A DNA stretch of 17,099 bases from NCBI GenBank assembly GCA_001179505.1, contig CDMY01000826.1:1-17099 (forward strand), written 5' to 3'. The stretch comes from Vitrella brassicaformis CCMP3155. Lineage: Eukaryota; Protista; Chromerida. Made by a program: the position numbers and the translations under genes. Under the pieces are notes generated by a model. That model was not told the DNA's origin and searched no databases. It saw only the letters and a list, made by a program, of their open reading frames with translations. Below are positions 1 to 9,435 of the stretch, piece after piece; the stretch's first letter is position 1, and the number at the start of each line of letters is the position of its first letter.

Positions 1-223
1 CGGCAGTCACATCGTCGGCTGCATGTGGACAGCGCAGACGTCCCTTTCTCGTTGCATGCGCAACAGGGGGGCCCGCCGCCGTCTCGCGGGATGAGGGTAG
101 GTGGAGGGGGTTGAGTGTAGTCCGATACACGCTCGCTCATCCGAAAAGGAGGAGAAACAGCCGAGAAATCACCAACTCAATCATGGGGGGTAAGTTTAGC
201 TTAATATAATATAGCTGTTCGAC

Positions 224-368
224 ATATTGGCGTGTCTGTAGTAGTGCAAGCAACACAGCCCCGCTACCGATTTCCCTTTTTTCTTCCATACGATCGTGAT
301 CGAACGTTTTGTCTGCCGAACGTGTTGTTTCTTAAAGACGCAAATTGGGCTCTAGCCCAATTCGCGGA
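224..368. repeat. Dispersed non-coding repeat, copy 1 (inverted relative to 4827-4947), ending in a hairpin
   Basis: ATATTGGCGTGTCTGTAGTAG...CGATCGTGATCGAACGTTTTGTCTGCCG...AATTCGCGGA aligns to the reverse complement of 4827-4947, with a 22-nt and a 2-nt indel. Hairpin AATTGGGC-tcta-GCCCAATT at 343-362. Confidence 0.85.
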
Positions 369-546
369 TGAAACGGGCGACGAAGTTCGTCTAAGCATCA
401 GTTCGTATCAAGGAAGCGAAGGGAAACAATACATGCAGAGACAATGGACAACGTTCGTCGACTGTGAAAACATGTCGCACACTGCAAACAAGCGTGAGAC
501 ATGCAACATGACACACACATTCAGAACCCAGGTCCAGCCAGCCATC

Positions 547-1224
547 TCACAGCCCCGCAGCGGGGCTGGTATTTGGCCTGTATGGCCCGCGGCTGACGAA
601 GTCCTCCGGAAACGCGCTGGCCCTCCGTGGCCCTCTGGCGGCCGCCGCGCGCTGCGCACGACTCGCCACTTGGAACGCGTTGTGCTTCATCAGCTCGACG
701 GACAGGAGCTGGCTCCAGTGGTTGACGATGCTCTCTCGGAAAGCTGTGTCCTCCTCCCTGGGAATGGATGTGGGGCGAGGCTTTCGCTTGGCGAGCATCT
801 TGAGAAAGTCCATGGTCTTGTCTCCCCATCTGCCGAATGTCTCAGCAGCGAGGGGCACGAAGCGGAAGCCGGCTGCTTGGGTGATTGGTCCATACTTGTC
901 GATCTTGTCTTTCTCCGCAAGCTGAGCCGCCTTGCCACCTGGAAGCTGTGCACTACGCCGGTTGACTATTCGGTGGAAGGGGATGGGGGAGTTGTCAGGG
1001 CGGCAGGGGTGGGCGATGGTGACATCGATCAGGTAGTCACGGCCGTCGATCACGCAGTAGATGTTCATACGCTGGCTTTTGGGGTTGTCGTCGGGCGGGG
1101 TCATAGCGAGGCTGTGCAGAGACACGTCCACATTGGAGGGAACATCTGCCTCAGCCAGGATGCGAACAAACAAGTTGCGCATGTTGTTGTGTCTCGTGAC
1201 TGTTTTTTCAAGATCTGGAGTACA
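547..1224 (-). mobile_element. 5'-truncated non-LTR retrotransposon remnant: restriction-like endonuclease (RLE) C-terminus (CRE/R2/NeSL type)
   Basis: The ORF 547-1353 contains C...TRHN, RMNI...YLIDVTIAHP, AEKDKIDKY and FVPLAAETFGRWG, the motif order of PD-(D/E)xK RLE domains. No RT domain and no complete CCHC knuckle are present. The 3' UTR may extend to ~371. Confidence 0.85.
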
Positions 1225-1688
1225 CCTGACCGACTCACGGACAGACGGAGGTAGTCGGTCAGGTGGACTGACCCTCGACCTGGATGGTTCGCTTCTCCAG
1301 CTGTGAGTCAGCCACCACACGCTATGAGTCGTGACAACCGGTTTATTGGTCACGACATGAAGTAGACGATGAGGGAAGAATTCTCAGACTGATTGCATGT
1401 GTTTGAATGGCTCAATACATGCATTCATGTGTTGCGCGAATCCGTTCATTCGATGACTTCGAAAAAAACCAGCAAATCCGCTTCGGAGTGGGTAACCGAC
1501 GCACGCACCCTCAGCAATACGTAAAACTAGCGCCGGCCAGCCTGTGTTCATGTTTTCAGCGTGACAGACCATGAACTGTCTTTCTTCTCTGCTACTGCTT
1601 TGCTCTGCCCAACTTTCAGCACAGACCTTGCCTTGCCGTGTTCAGATCCCATTCCACGGAAGCAAAACAGACAGGCGGCCAGGCAGCC

Positions 1689-4600
1689 TCACCTCATGTC
1701 TTCTAGGCAGTTTCTTCGCCCGGATATCACCCCTTTCAGCGAGTGCAGCCCTCCCCTTTTCTTATCTCTGGTCTCATCCAGTTCACATTCGCCAGTGTCT
1801 TCGAAGAAGAAGAAGGTTTCGCATGTGTCGCTGGTCATACACAATTCGGCACACTCATTGACGGCAGCCATGTCCACAACAGCACTTCCTGCCCCGGACT
1901 TAGGTCTGTCCATGTGTTCTCGCCTCCCGATGTCGGGCTGGTAGCAGCTGCAGGGCACCGCAGTCGCGGGAGGGGACAGAACACCAGCATAGCCCGGCTC
2001 ATCATAGGATGACAGGATCATGGGCACTGAGGAGGAGCAGAGATACAGATCCTGAGGCGTGGGGTAGGCACGGTACACATTCTCGCCCACCTTCGAGTGT
2101 CTTTGACGCTCGAAGTAGCTCGTCGTCGCCCTTGACGGGCACCACACGCACATACAAGTCCGCAGACGAGGTGTCACTGTTAGGCGTCACAGTGAAGTTC
2201 TCCGCCGCCATGGCGTCTACAAGCTCCTGCAGTGTGATGATCTCCTCGAATGCCGTCTTGTCGCGCTCAATAAGGGGCTTGTCGAGAGGAACATCTCTGT
2301 CGGTACCCACATACAGGCGCCACTTGTTGATGCCTTCATTAGAGGAGAATATCCGAAAAGACGGAGAGGTGGAGGGAAATACAGAGGTGATTGCCGGCAC
2401 GTACCTGTAACCCCATTGAACGAAAAGTGGAGGGTCCAGTCCTGCAGCTGGTCAATCGACCCGTTACGTGTCGAGGCTTCCCCGTTTGCGTCGCTGCAGA
2501 GAAGGAGTCGCGGCGCTTCAGTCGAAGAGCCTTCCCAGGGGTGCAAAAGCGGTCGATGACCACGAAGGCCCTCGAATTCGCGGACTATGCGGGGGTTGTC
2601 TTCATATGTCACTTCAGTGAAGAAAGGCCCTGTATAGCCCCAGCCAATCAGCATCGTCGCAGGTTGGCCTCTAAAGGAGAGAGAGAGAGAGAGAGGCAGG
2701 CTCCAAGCCGCAATTGGACAAGAACACATCTACCACCTTCCGTTGTCGATCATCTGGAGCCCACCACAACATTTGCTCTTCAGCCTGGACACAAGGAAAA
2801 GACACGAATGGCGCTGCTTTTGTGCGCCCGCGAGTGTGATATACCCAGATGGGTGCGAAAAGGACCACACTTTCGTGGCGGTCATTTGATCCAGGTCCAG
2901 CTGCAGCTCGAGCACCCGAGAGGGCCGCGGCGACCCGTGCTTCACATGGCGTCCGTTATCATACCTGTCACAACCGCATACATTCATCTGCATATAGTGC
3001 AGACAACACAAATCATTTGGTCCCCTGACATGATGATGTTCCCATTAAAGAGTTGGTGAGCATCGTGCTGGCCGAAGAAGGGAGGATCCATGTCATCGCC
3101 GACGAAGGTAAAATCACTGCGTAGCAGATATGAAATGCATGGGAGCAAACATCAACCGCTTGCGTTGACATACCTTGTCTTGCCCCCCAAGCGCCAAAGG
3201 ATCTTACCGGTCTTGCCGCTGAGCAAGACGATCAGTCCGCAGCCGTGGAATGAGAGGATCAGATTGCCTAAACGCACATGACCAAAATAAGTGGTCAAAC
3301 TACATGCGGTATGCCGAGCGGTCTTCTTTACCATCGGGTGTTCGCTGAGCGTTGTTGATATGATAGTACTGGCACAAACATGCTCAAAGACAGACGATTG
3401 CATAAACAATTTTGTTTCTGAGATAGGTGTACATCGTTTGGGCTTTCTCTTAGGTCCATCAGCACGGGATCGGCTTCTTGCACAAAGTCATCGATCGTCC
3501 GCCATTCGAGCACTACATTCCTGTCAGCGTCCAGAACCTGCACTACTGGAGACAAGAACCCGGAAAGACGTGTGCGTACTGGATGAAGAGTCTCACCGTT
3601 ATGTATGACGCCGTCGGTCCTGGTGAGCGCTGCCAGAATCGTGTTGCCATAATCGAAAAATATGCTATGGCCGTCTAATTTATAGCCATGGCCTGAAATG
3701 ATGAATCTGCAAGTAGACCAAGGTTGGGATTCACCATTTGCGTACCGGGATTGTGCCTAGCGACAGCCTGGTATGTGGAGTTGAGCTCGTATGCCTTGAG
3801 GCTGGTGTCTTCTGGTCTAGTGTCCCACACTGCCACATGGCCAGTCGGCGCCACACCCAGCACACCCGCCGCGAACGTAGATGTGTGAGTCCACCATACT
3901 AAGACACCCTGCACACATACGTGAAAGAATAACCAAGAATCTACAAACACGTGTTCGTGATGTGATCACTTTGTTTACATCACGTGTAGTGATGATATGC
4001 TGGCCTGCATGTTCTCCCCTTGCGTGCCCGACACCAAAAAAATAGAGGTCTCCTTCTGCGCCAGTCGCATCATTCCTCTCGTCCACGGCGGCCTTCTCGC
4101 CCTCGGGAGATGGCTTCAACTTGGCAGCCCATGTTGGCAGTGTGCGGTAGCGATCCATCGGTGTGGGCCCCTTAAGCCCTTCCTGCTCGTCTGGCTGCTC
4201 GCTCTCCCGATCCAAATAGTCGAACTTAGCTGGAACGCTCGCTGCCTTGTACTTCGTTCGTATCCGAAAGCTCCACTCGTAGGGGCCTGCCTCACGCTCA
4301 GTGAAATTCTCAGAGCGTCGCACGCGCAGGCCGGGACCGAACTTAACGGTGACCTTCTCGTTTTCGACGAAAGGCCGGCCAGCATAGAAGACCACTGTTT
4401 TGTTGTCGCGGGCCAACACAACCGTTCCCTTGACAAGGCCACTTTCTTGTCCAGTGACGTTGAAGAGGCCGTACAAGTCGGCTGGAATGACCTCTTCGCC
4501 TTCTCTGATGGCGATGGAAGTCAACTCCGACACGTGCAGCGCATCTGCACGAGGATGGATGTACTCATACTGTCCGTCGCCATACGGCCTAACGGCACCC

Positions 4601-4716
4601 TCCACGATAAACCGCTTCTGAATCACTTCGAGCGCTGACGCAGGCGGACTCAACATGCACAGCATGCCGAGGCTGATGCCCAGCGTATACCTCCCTCCTG
4701 CAGAAAAGACCACCAT
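1689..4716 (-). CDS. Gene A: secreted arylsulfotransferase-like protein with N-terminal Ig-like domain and C-terminal Apple/PAN domain (~780 aa, 12 exons)
   Basis: Exons (minus): 4716-3979, 3908-3746, 3692-3597, 3545-3433, 3368-3332, 3267-3174, 3116-3030, 2964-2845, 2784-2737, 2670-2405, 2333-2091, 2026-1689. All introns are GT-AG (51-71 nt), phases are consistent, total 2343 nt. ASST motifs: DGH, VLEW, YYHINN, WRLGG, FGQHDAH, YDNG, LIGWG, FSFNGVT. Hydrophobic N-terminus ending PASA. Six-Cys domain at 1946-1707. Confidence 0.9.
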
Positions 4717-4826
4717 AACACTACGAGGCTACAGAAGCGGGAAGGATCCCTGTCGCGCGCTTGCCGTTTCTCGACAATCCGGCTGACACCGGAAAAAGGA
4801 AGCGCTGCTGGCAACTACATAAGATG

Positions 4827-4947
4827 TCCGCGAATTGGGCTGTGCCAATTTGCGGCAGACAAAACGTTCGATCAGGATCGTATGGAAGAGAAAAGGAAAA
4901 ACGGTAGCGGTGATGTGTTGCTTCCAGTACTACAGACACGTCAATAT
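4827..4947. repeat. Dispersed non-coding repeat, copy 2, 110-230 bp upstream of the gene A start codon
   Basis: Reverse-complement match to 224-368. Hairpin CCGC-G-AATTGG-gctgtg-CCAATT-T-GCGG at 4828-4855. Confidence 0.85.
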
Positions 4948-5370
4948 CATCATCATCATGACCATCCCACGGACCACTAGACGGACGGGTCGTTTTACCG
5001 CGAGCTTTGGCGAGCTTTTGCAAAAAACCCGTGGAAAAAATTGCATCCATTGCCCGCACGGTTTTTGCACGGCAGCAGCACACAGCAGACCCCCACACCT
5101 CAGGGCGTCCAGGACGAGCGAAAGAAACGGTGAAAACAGCACCAGAAACGGGGAACAGACCAAGACAAACAGAGAGGGAACCAAAGGGACACTGCAGAAG
5201 GCACGCAGGAGGCCACACAGCAGCGAACGAAACTCATAGAGCACGCTTGGCGCAAGAAGGGTGTAGCCCGCGTTTTTCACGTTCCGAAAGGAAAAAGCAA
5301 GAGCGATGAGTCCTTTTCTCAGACCAAACTTGCTGGGACGTGTGTACCCTCCACAGGGTATGCGTACACG

Positions 5371-5409
5371 TCCCCCGTCGGCTTTCCCGCCGGGAAAGCC
5401 GACGGGGGA
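5371..5409. repeat. Perfect 18-bp GC-rich inverted repeat (hairpin) within a cluster of hairpins
   Basis: TCCCCCGTCGGCTTTCCC-gcc-GGGAAAGCCGACGGGGGA; the arms are exact reverse complements. Confidence 0.95.
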
Positions 5410-5572
5410 GGTGGGTGGGTGTTTCTCTATATGGTGGCCGGCTATGGTGACCACGTATGGGTGATGTGAGACACCCATGGCCGGCCACCTCGTGGCCAGT
5501 CGGGCCAGGATCACGCCCGTCTCCCAAGCGAAGCAACCGAGGAGGGTTGTCTGTAGTGATGCAGTGATTCAC

Positions 5573-5592
5573 TGAATGAATGAATGAATGAA
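5573..5592. repeat. (TGAA)5 microsatellite
   Basis: Read directly. On the minus strand it lies just upstream of an acceptor-like CACTACAG, so it is probably intronic. Confidence 0.95.
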
Positions 5593-6295
5593 GTGAATAA
5601 ATTTATTGATTGACTGACAAGCAAGCACACACTTATGTGACTCGACTGACGCCCTGTCATTGCGGAATGGCGAAGTGTCTTCTCCTCGCGTCATGGCTCG
5701 CGTCGTTTGTGAGTTTCGCACAAGCACTTCACTGCAATTGCGTCGCATTCGATTCATTGGGGCCTGTACGGGTTCAAGGCTTGCCTGACGCTGGCAAGGA
5801 GTCTGTAAGAGTCCGTTTCACGTGATAACGAATTGATCCACACGTTTGACAACCCACGATGCACACCGTTTGGTGGTTGGGGTGTGTGTACCTTTATTGG
5901 TCGGTTGTCCTTTGAGGCGAAGAGAGCGACGGCCACATGCGTGAGGACCGAGGTGGGAGAGGTGTATCCACATTATAGTTTGGGATTTTTGACGGCTGTC
6001 TAAACTTTCGGTGACGGTTCTCCTTTTGACGGGGCGGAGAGCGATAGCCGTTTGCGTGTGAATACAGCATAGCGAGATGTATCATGCATTGACACAATCG
6101 TGCTGATTTAGGTTGGCGGCTGTGTGAACTTTCGGTGGCTGGAAGACGGCGCAGGGCGATGGCCGCTGGCGTGCAGACACAGCATGACGAGATGTATCAC
6201 ACATACATGATTTTGCGTCGAATGAGTGAGAGTCCCGAAAGAAATCAGCACAAATCGCCGAATTCCGTGTAACCGACACCAGTGTTCGCCACCTT

Positions 6296-6684
6296 TTACC
6301 CGAACGACAGGGCGCAATTGCAACTAGAAGCAAACTCGTCTCTGGCAGCGTCCGTCCGTGCGCATATATTTTCGTCAACCAGATCGACCTTGAAGCGTTG
6401 CAAGGAGATTGCGGTGGAGCTAGCGGTGAGCAAGTTTTCAGCGGCTATGGTCTCCTTTGCGGGGACGAAGAGCGACGGCCGCTTGCGTACGAAGAGACCG
6501 TAAAGCAGTGTGGCGTGGCGCAAGGGCGCGCTTTCTAATGAAATTTGGGGGGCGACGGGAGTGATAGGTAACTATAGGTGCATCAGGACCGCATCGATGC
6601 CCGCTTTCACATGAGACGCGTGCGGCCCCCAGTCTCCTTCAGGCAGAGGATGGTACGGAAGGGGTTTCGAGGGCAGGTCAGCCA
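6296..6684 (-). pseudogene. Possible decayed exon of an unidentified gene
   Basis: After acceptor-like ATGCAAG the frame reads ADLPSKPLPYHPLPEGDWGPHASHVKAGIDAVLMHL*LPITPVAPQISLESAPLRHATLLYGLFVRKRP...SFG, with one TAG (6574-6572), and ends at donor-like GG|GTAAAA. No family recognised. Confidence 0.3.
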
Positions 6685-6782
6685 CTTGCATGTGCCAATT
6701 GGGTGAGAGCCAGAAGGTGCAAATGTGAGGAGGCCTGACGGTTGAGCAGGGTCAGTGCGGTGAAGGGCGCGCCTTACGGCTC

Positions 6783-6850
6783 AGACCGGTCATCTGAGTG
6801 GCGGAGGAGTTCGTGTCGTGATCCGAATTGTCCCGAGTTCGAACCCAACG
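6783..6850 (+). other. Degenerate tRNA-like sequence (possible SINE head or tRNA pseudogene)
   Basis: An A-box-like CTGAGTGG, an anticodon-arm-like TTCG..TCGTGA TCCGAA and a B-box-like CCCGAGTTCGAACCC occur at tRNA-like spacing. Acceptor and T stems do not pair. Confidence 0.35.
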
Positions 6851-6865
6851 CAGCTACTGAAAAAC

Positions 6866-6900
6866 ATCTAGGGGAATAAAAATCTAGGGGAATAAAAATC
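6866..6900. repeat. 16-bp tandem repeat (ATCTAGGGGAATAAAA) x2.2
   Basis: Exact copies at 6866-6881 and 6882-6897, then ATC. Confidence 0.95.
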
Positions 6901-7470
6901 GACGGCGGAAGACTTTGGAAAGATTGCATTATTGCTTCTGCAGATCAGATTTTTCCGACAAACTTGACAGAATCGTTGACTTTGACAGATTTTTCGTTTT
7001 CTTTGCATATGATGGACATAATCGTTAATGTGTGTGCATCCCCCGCCACCCTGTGTGGCAGCGTTCATTGAAGAGACGTGCGCGACCACCAGTGGGCGTA
7101 CACAAGCAACCTCAGACTCAACAGAGAGAGACATCATCGCGACCAGGTGACTCAGGTGAGCATCAAGCTTACGCACTGACCTCATAGTGCGAGAACCTTA
7201 AGCGAGGGTAAGCACAAGTGACACATCACTGACAGACAGTCGCACCAAGCGAGCGACAGACATACCACGCGTCGCGACAGGACGCCAATCAATCGACCAC
7301 CAACCAAGGAGGGAGCCCTCGTGCAACGAGTACGGCATGTAAGAGGTGTGGCATGTGAGGCACCCCTTCGCCATTCCCGCCTCGTCCAGTCGTGTCTCAC
7401 CCATCCGAGGGTGGATTGACTGTGTCTCGGGCACTCGAAGGCGGTGGCGGTGGTGGGGGGAGAGGTGGAG

Positions 7471-7770
7471 NNNNNNNNNNNNNNNNNNNNNNNNNNNNNN
7501 NNNNNNNNNNNNNNNNNNNNNNNNNNNNNNNNNNNNNNNNNNNNNNNNNNNNNNNNNNNNNNNNNNNNNNNNNNNNNNNNNNNNNNNNNNNNNNNNNNNN
7601 NNNNNNNNNNNNNNNNNNNNNNNNNNNNNNNNNNNNNNNNNNNNNNNNNNNNNNNNNNNNNNNNNNNNNNNNNNNNNNNNNNNNNNNNNNNNNNNNNNNN
7701 NNNNNNNNNNNNNNNNNNNNNNNNNNNNNNNNNNNNNNNNNNNNNNNNNNNNNNNNNNNNNNNNNNNNNN
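7471..7770. other. Assembly gap (300 N) flanked by G-rich low-complexity sequence
   Basis: Run of N. Flanks GGCGGTGGCGGTGGTGGGGGG and GGTGGTGGGGTGGAGGGGG read as poly-Pro on the minus strand. Confidence 0.99.
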
Positions 7771-7931
7771 GGTGGTGGGGTGGAGGGGGCGCACCTGGAG
7801 GAATCGGTTGAGAGTCTCCCCCTGGGCTAGAAGAGGGGGATATAATACATAGCCCCCATGAGTGACAGGCGGTTGCGGTTTGCTGCGGGGTTTGCCGTAG
7901 ATGGAAAAGCTCCCCCATAGGGTAATGGGGA

Positions 7932-8882
7932 ACGGCCTGCCCCACCAGGACATGCCAGGCAAGTGCGACGGCGAGCGCCCAAATGGGGCGAGGTGCGGTG
8001 CCGACTTCACCGTCCAACACGCGCTTGGCTGCTCCCTGGGCGGGCTGGTGTATGCCAAACACGACCGGCTCAAGCACAAGGTTGGCGGTCTGTGTCAGCT
8101 GGCGGGCCTCAAGGTGGCGTACGAGCACACGGTGTGGAAGGAGACCGCCCACACCGCCGCCGCCCGCGATCCCCGTGCCGTCCCTTTGGGTGTGACCCCC
8201 TGTGACGGTGCCGGCCACCCTCATCCCTCTCCCCCCCTCCCCACCCACCTGACCCTCCGGACCCGCCCGACCCACACACTGCACCCGACGAGCCTGATGG
8301 TGTCCACAACGACCCCTCCGTCCGCACGGACCTGTTCGTGTCGAGGTTTTGGCCAAGCGGCCGCGAGCTGTGGATCGATTTCTGCGTTACCGACGCTGAC
8401 GCTCGCTGCAACCGGGGCAACCGGCGCGATCACCCGCGAGAGGGAGAAGCTCAAGAGGGACCACCATCTCGACGTGTGTCGGCTCAACCGCATGGACTTC
8501 ACGGCTTTCATCGTGACGTGTGACGGCGTCTACGGGAGGGAGGCCGATCGCTTCATTCGCCGCTTGGCCGAGCTCATCAACAAGAGGGGCGGATGGGACA
8601 GATATGGCACTGGTCGGGTCGAGCAATGGATCCGGGCGCGGCTGTCAGTGTGCCTGGCTCGTTCGGTGTCTGCGTGTCTGCGGCGGCCCCGGAGGAAGGG
8701 CCGGTGGCACTGGCTGTATCAGAGGGGGCGCTGGGGTGATGGGGCTGGGATGTTCGTGCCTGGGGAGCCTCTCGTCTTCTGAGGGTGCCCCCCCTGTGAG
8801 TAGACGTGTCGAGATAGTACGTGTTGATTGGCCTGGATGTCTGTCTGTCTGGTTGGCCGTCTGTCTGTCTGTCTGTCTGTCT
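7932..8882 (+). mobile_element. 5'-truncated, frameshifted non-LTR retrotransposon remnant (CCHC knuckle + RLE) with (GTCT)n tail
   Basis: GLPHQDMPGKC...RCGADFTVQHALGCSLGG...KHD (zinc knuckle). RTDLFVSRFW...LWIDFCVTDADA lies in a second frame (8323-8400). The reading returns to the first frame for EKLKR...FTAFIVTCDGVYGREA...WIRARLSVCLARSVSACLR, with stop at 8782, followed by GTCT repeats. Confidence 0.85.
8839..8882. repeat. Interrupted (GTCT)n microsatellite: 3 units + 6 units
   Basis: GTCTx3 at 8839-8850 and GTCTx6 at 8859-8882. Sits where a retroelement 3' tail is expected. Confidence 0.95.
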
Positions 8883-9435
8883 GGCAATCTGCATGTCTGT
8901 CCATTGCATTCACGTGTGCTGCTCGTGAGCATCGTTTGTCCATTTGAGTGTCTGTAGCTCGTTATCATTACATCACGATCGACTGTTCATGTTTGTTCGT
9001 GCCGTGGACCAACGAGTGTGTGGCCCCCGGCGCATCGTTACACATCAACCACAAAGTGAGGCGCTCGTAAGAACCGGTGAGACTTGATCAAGTGCGAAAC
9101 CGAGGGGAACCCGGAGAAACCCCGTAACGGCTAGCTAAGCTCGCACGTTCCAAAGCTTCTTTCGGAAGGACGCTTTGACAAAGGGCGGGAGGCGATATGA
9201 GCGCACGGGCCCTCATTCTTCATCGTCTCACAGAGGTTGAGAGAAAGACCAAAAAGCGGCACACAAGCCCGTTAGAAAACGCTACACGTTAGAATTGCGG
9301 GAATTTGTGTTTCACCTGGGATATTTCAAGGGCCCCATTTGGTAGTTTAAGTATATATTTGGTAGGTTAAGCGGCCTGCGTGTACATAGTGGCGTGAAGT
9401 GGGTGTTTTATAACATAGTGAACTCTCATAGTGTC

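Noticed and set aside
137-184. Signal-peptide-like MIELVISRLFLLLFG on the minus strand
   Set aside because: It hits a TGA after 15 codons and has no supporting homology in the window.
232-1254. 340-aa plus-strand ORF and similar long ORFs (3997-4638, 9499-10098, 7397-8356, 12858-13388)
   Set aside because: These are antisense shadows of real GC-rich coding sequence, or they run through N gaps. They carry no motifs, and several start at GTG/TTG.
2815-2835. GC-AG donor in gene A versus GT in gene B (GCGG|GCGCAC / GCGG|GTGCAC)
   Set aside because: That donor gives a stop at the next acceptor. The shared upstream GG|GTATAT donor restores the frame and the ASST motif.
224-4947. Composite or Pack-type transposon carrying gene A
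   Set aside because: The flanks (GCTGTTCGAC versus CATCATCATC) show no target-site duplication and there is no transposase. Kept only as an unexplained repeat.
5371-5430. Helitron 3' end
   Set aside because: No CTRR terminus about 10-12 nt after the hairpin on either strand.
6284-6305. U5 snRNA loop-like CCTTTTAC in a short stem
   Set aside because: The loop is ACCTTTTAC rather than GCCTTTTAC, its size is wrong, and no Sm site follows.
6783-6850. Functional tRNA gene
   Set aside because: Acceptor and T stems do not pair and the anticodon loop is malformed.
7471-7770. Reverse transcriptase domain hidden in the gap
   Set aside because: Retroelement similarity appears to stop near 7932, and the gap flanks are G-rich low-complexity sequence with no RT motifs. 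Cannot be fully excluded.
9394-9435. ORF-track start of gene B at 9394
   Set aside because: It is a GTG. The first ATG (9436) aligns with the gene A start and gives a signal-peptide-like N-terminus.
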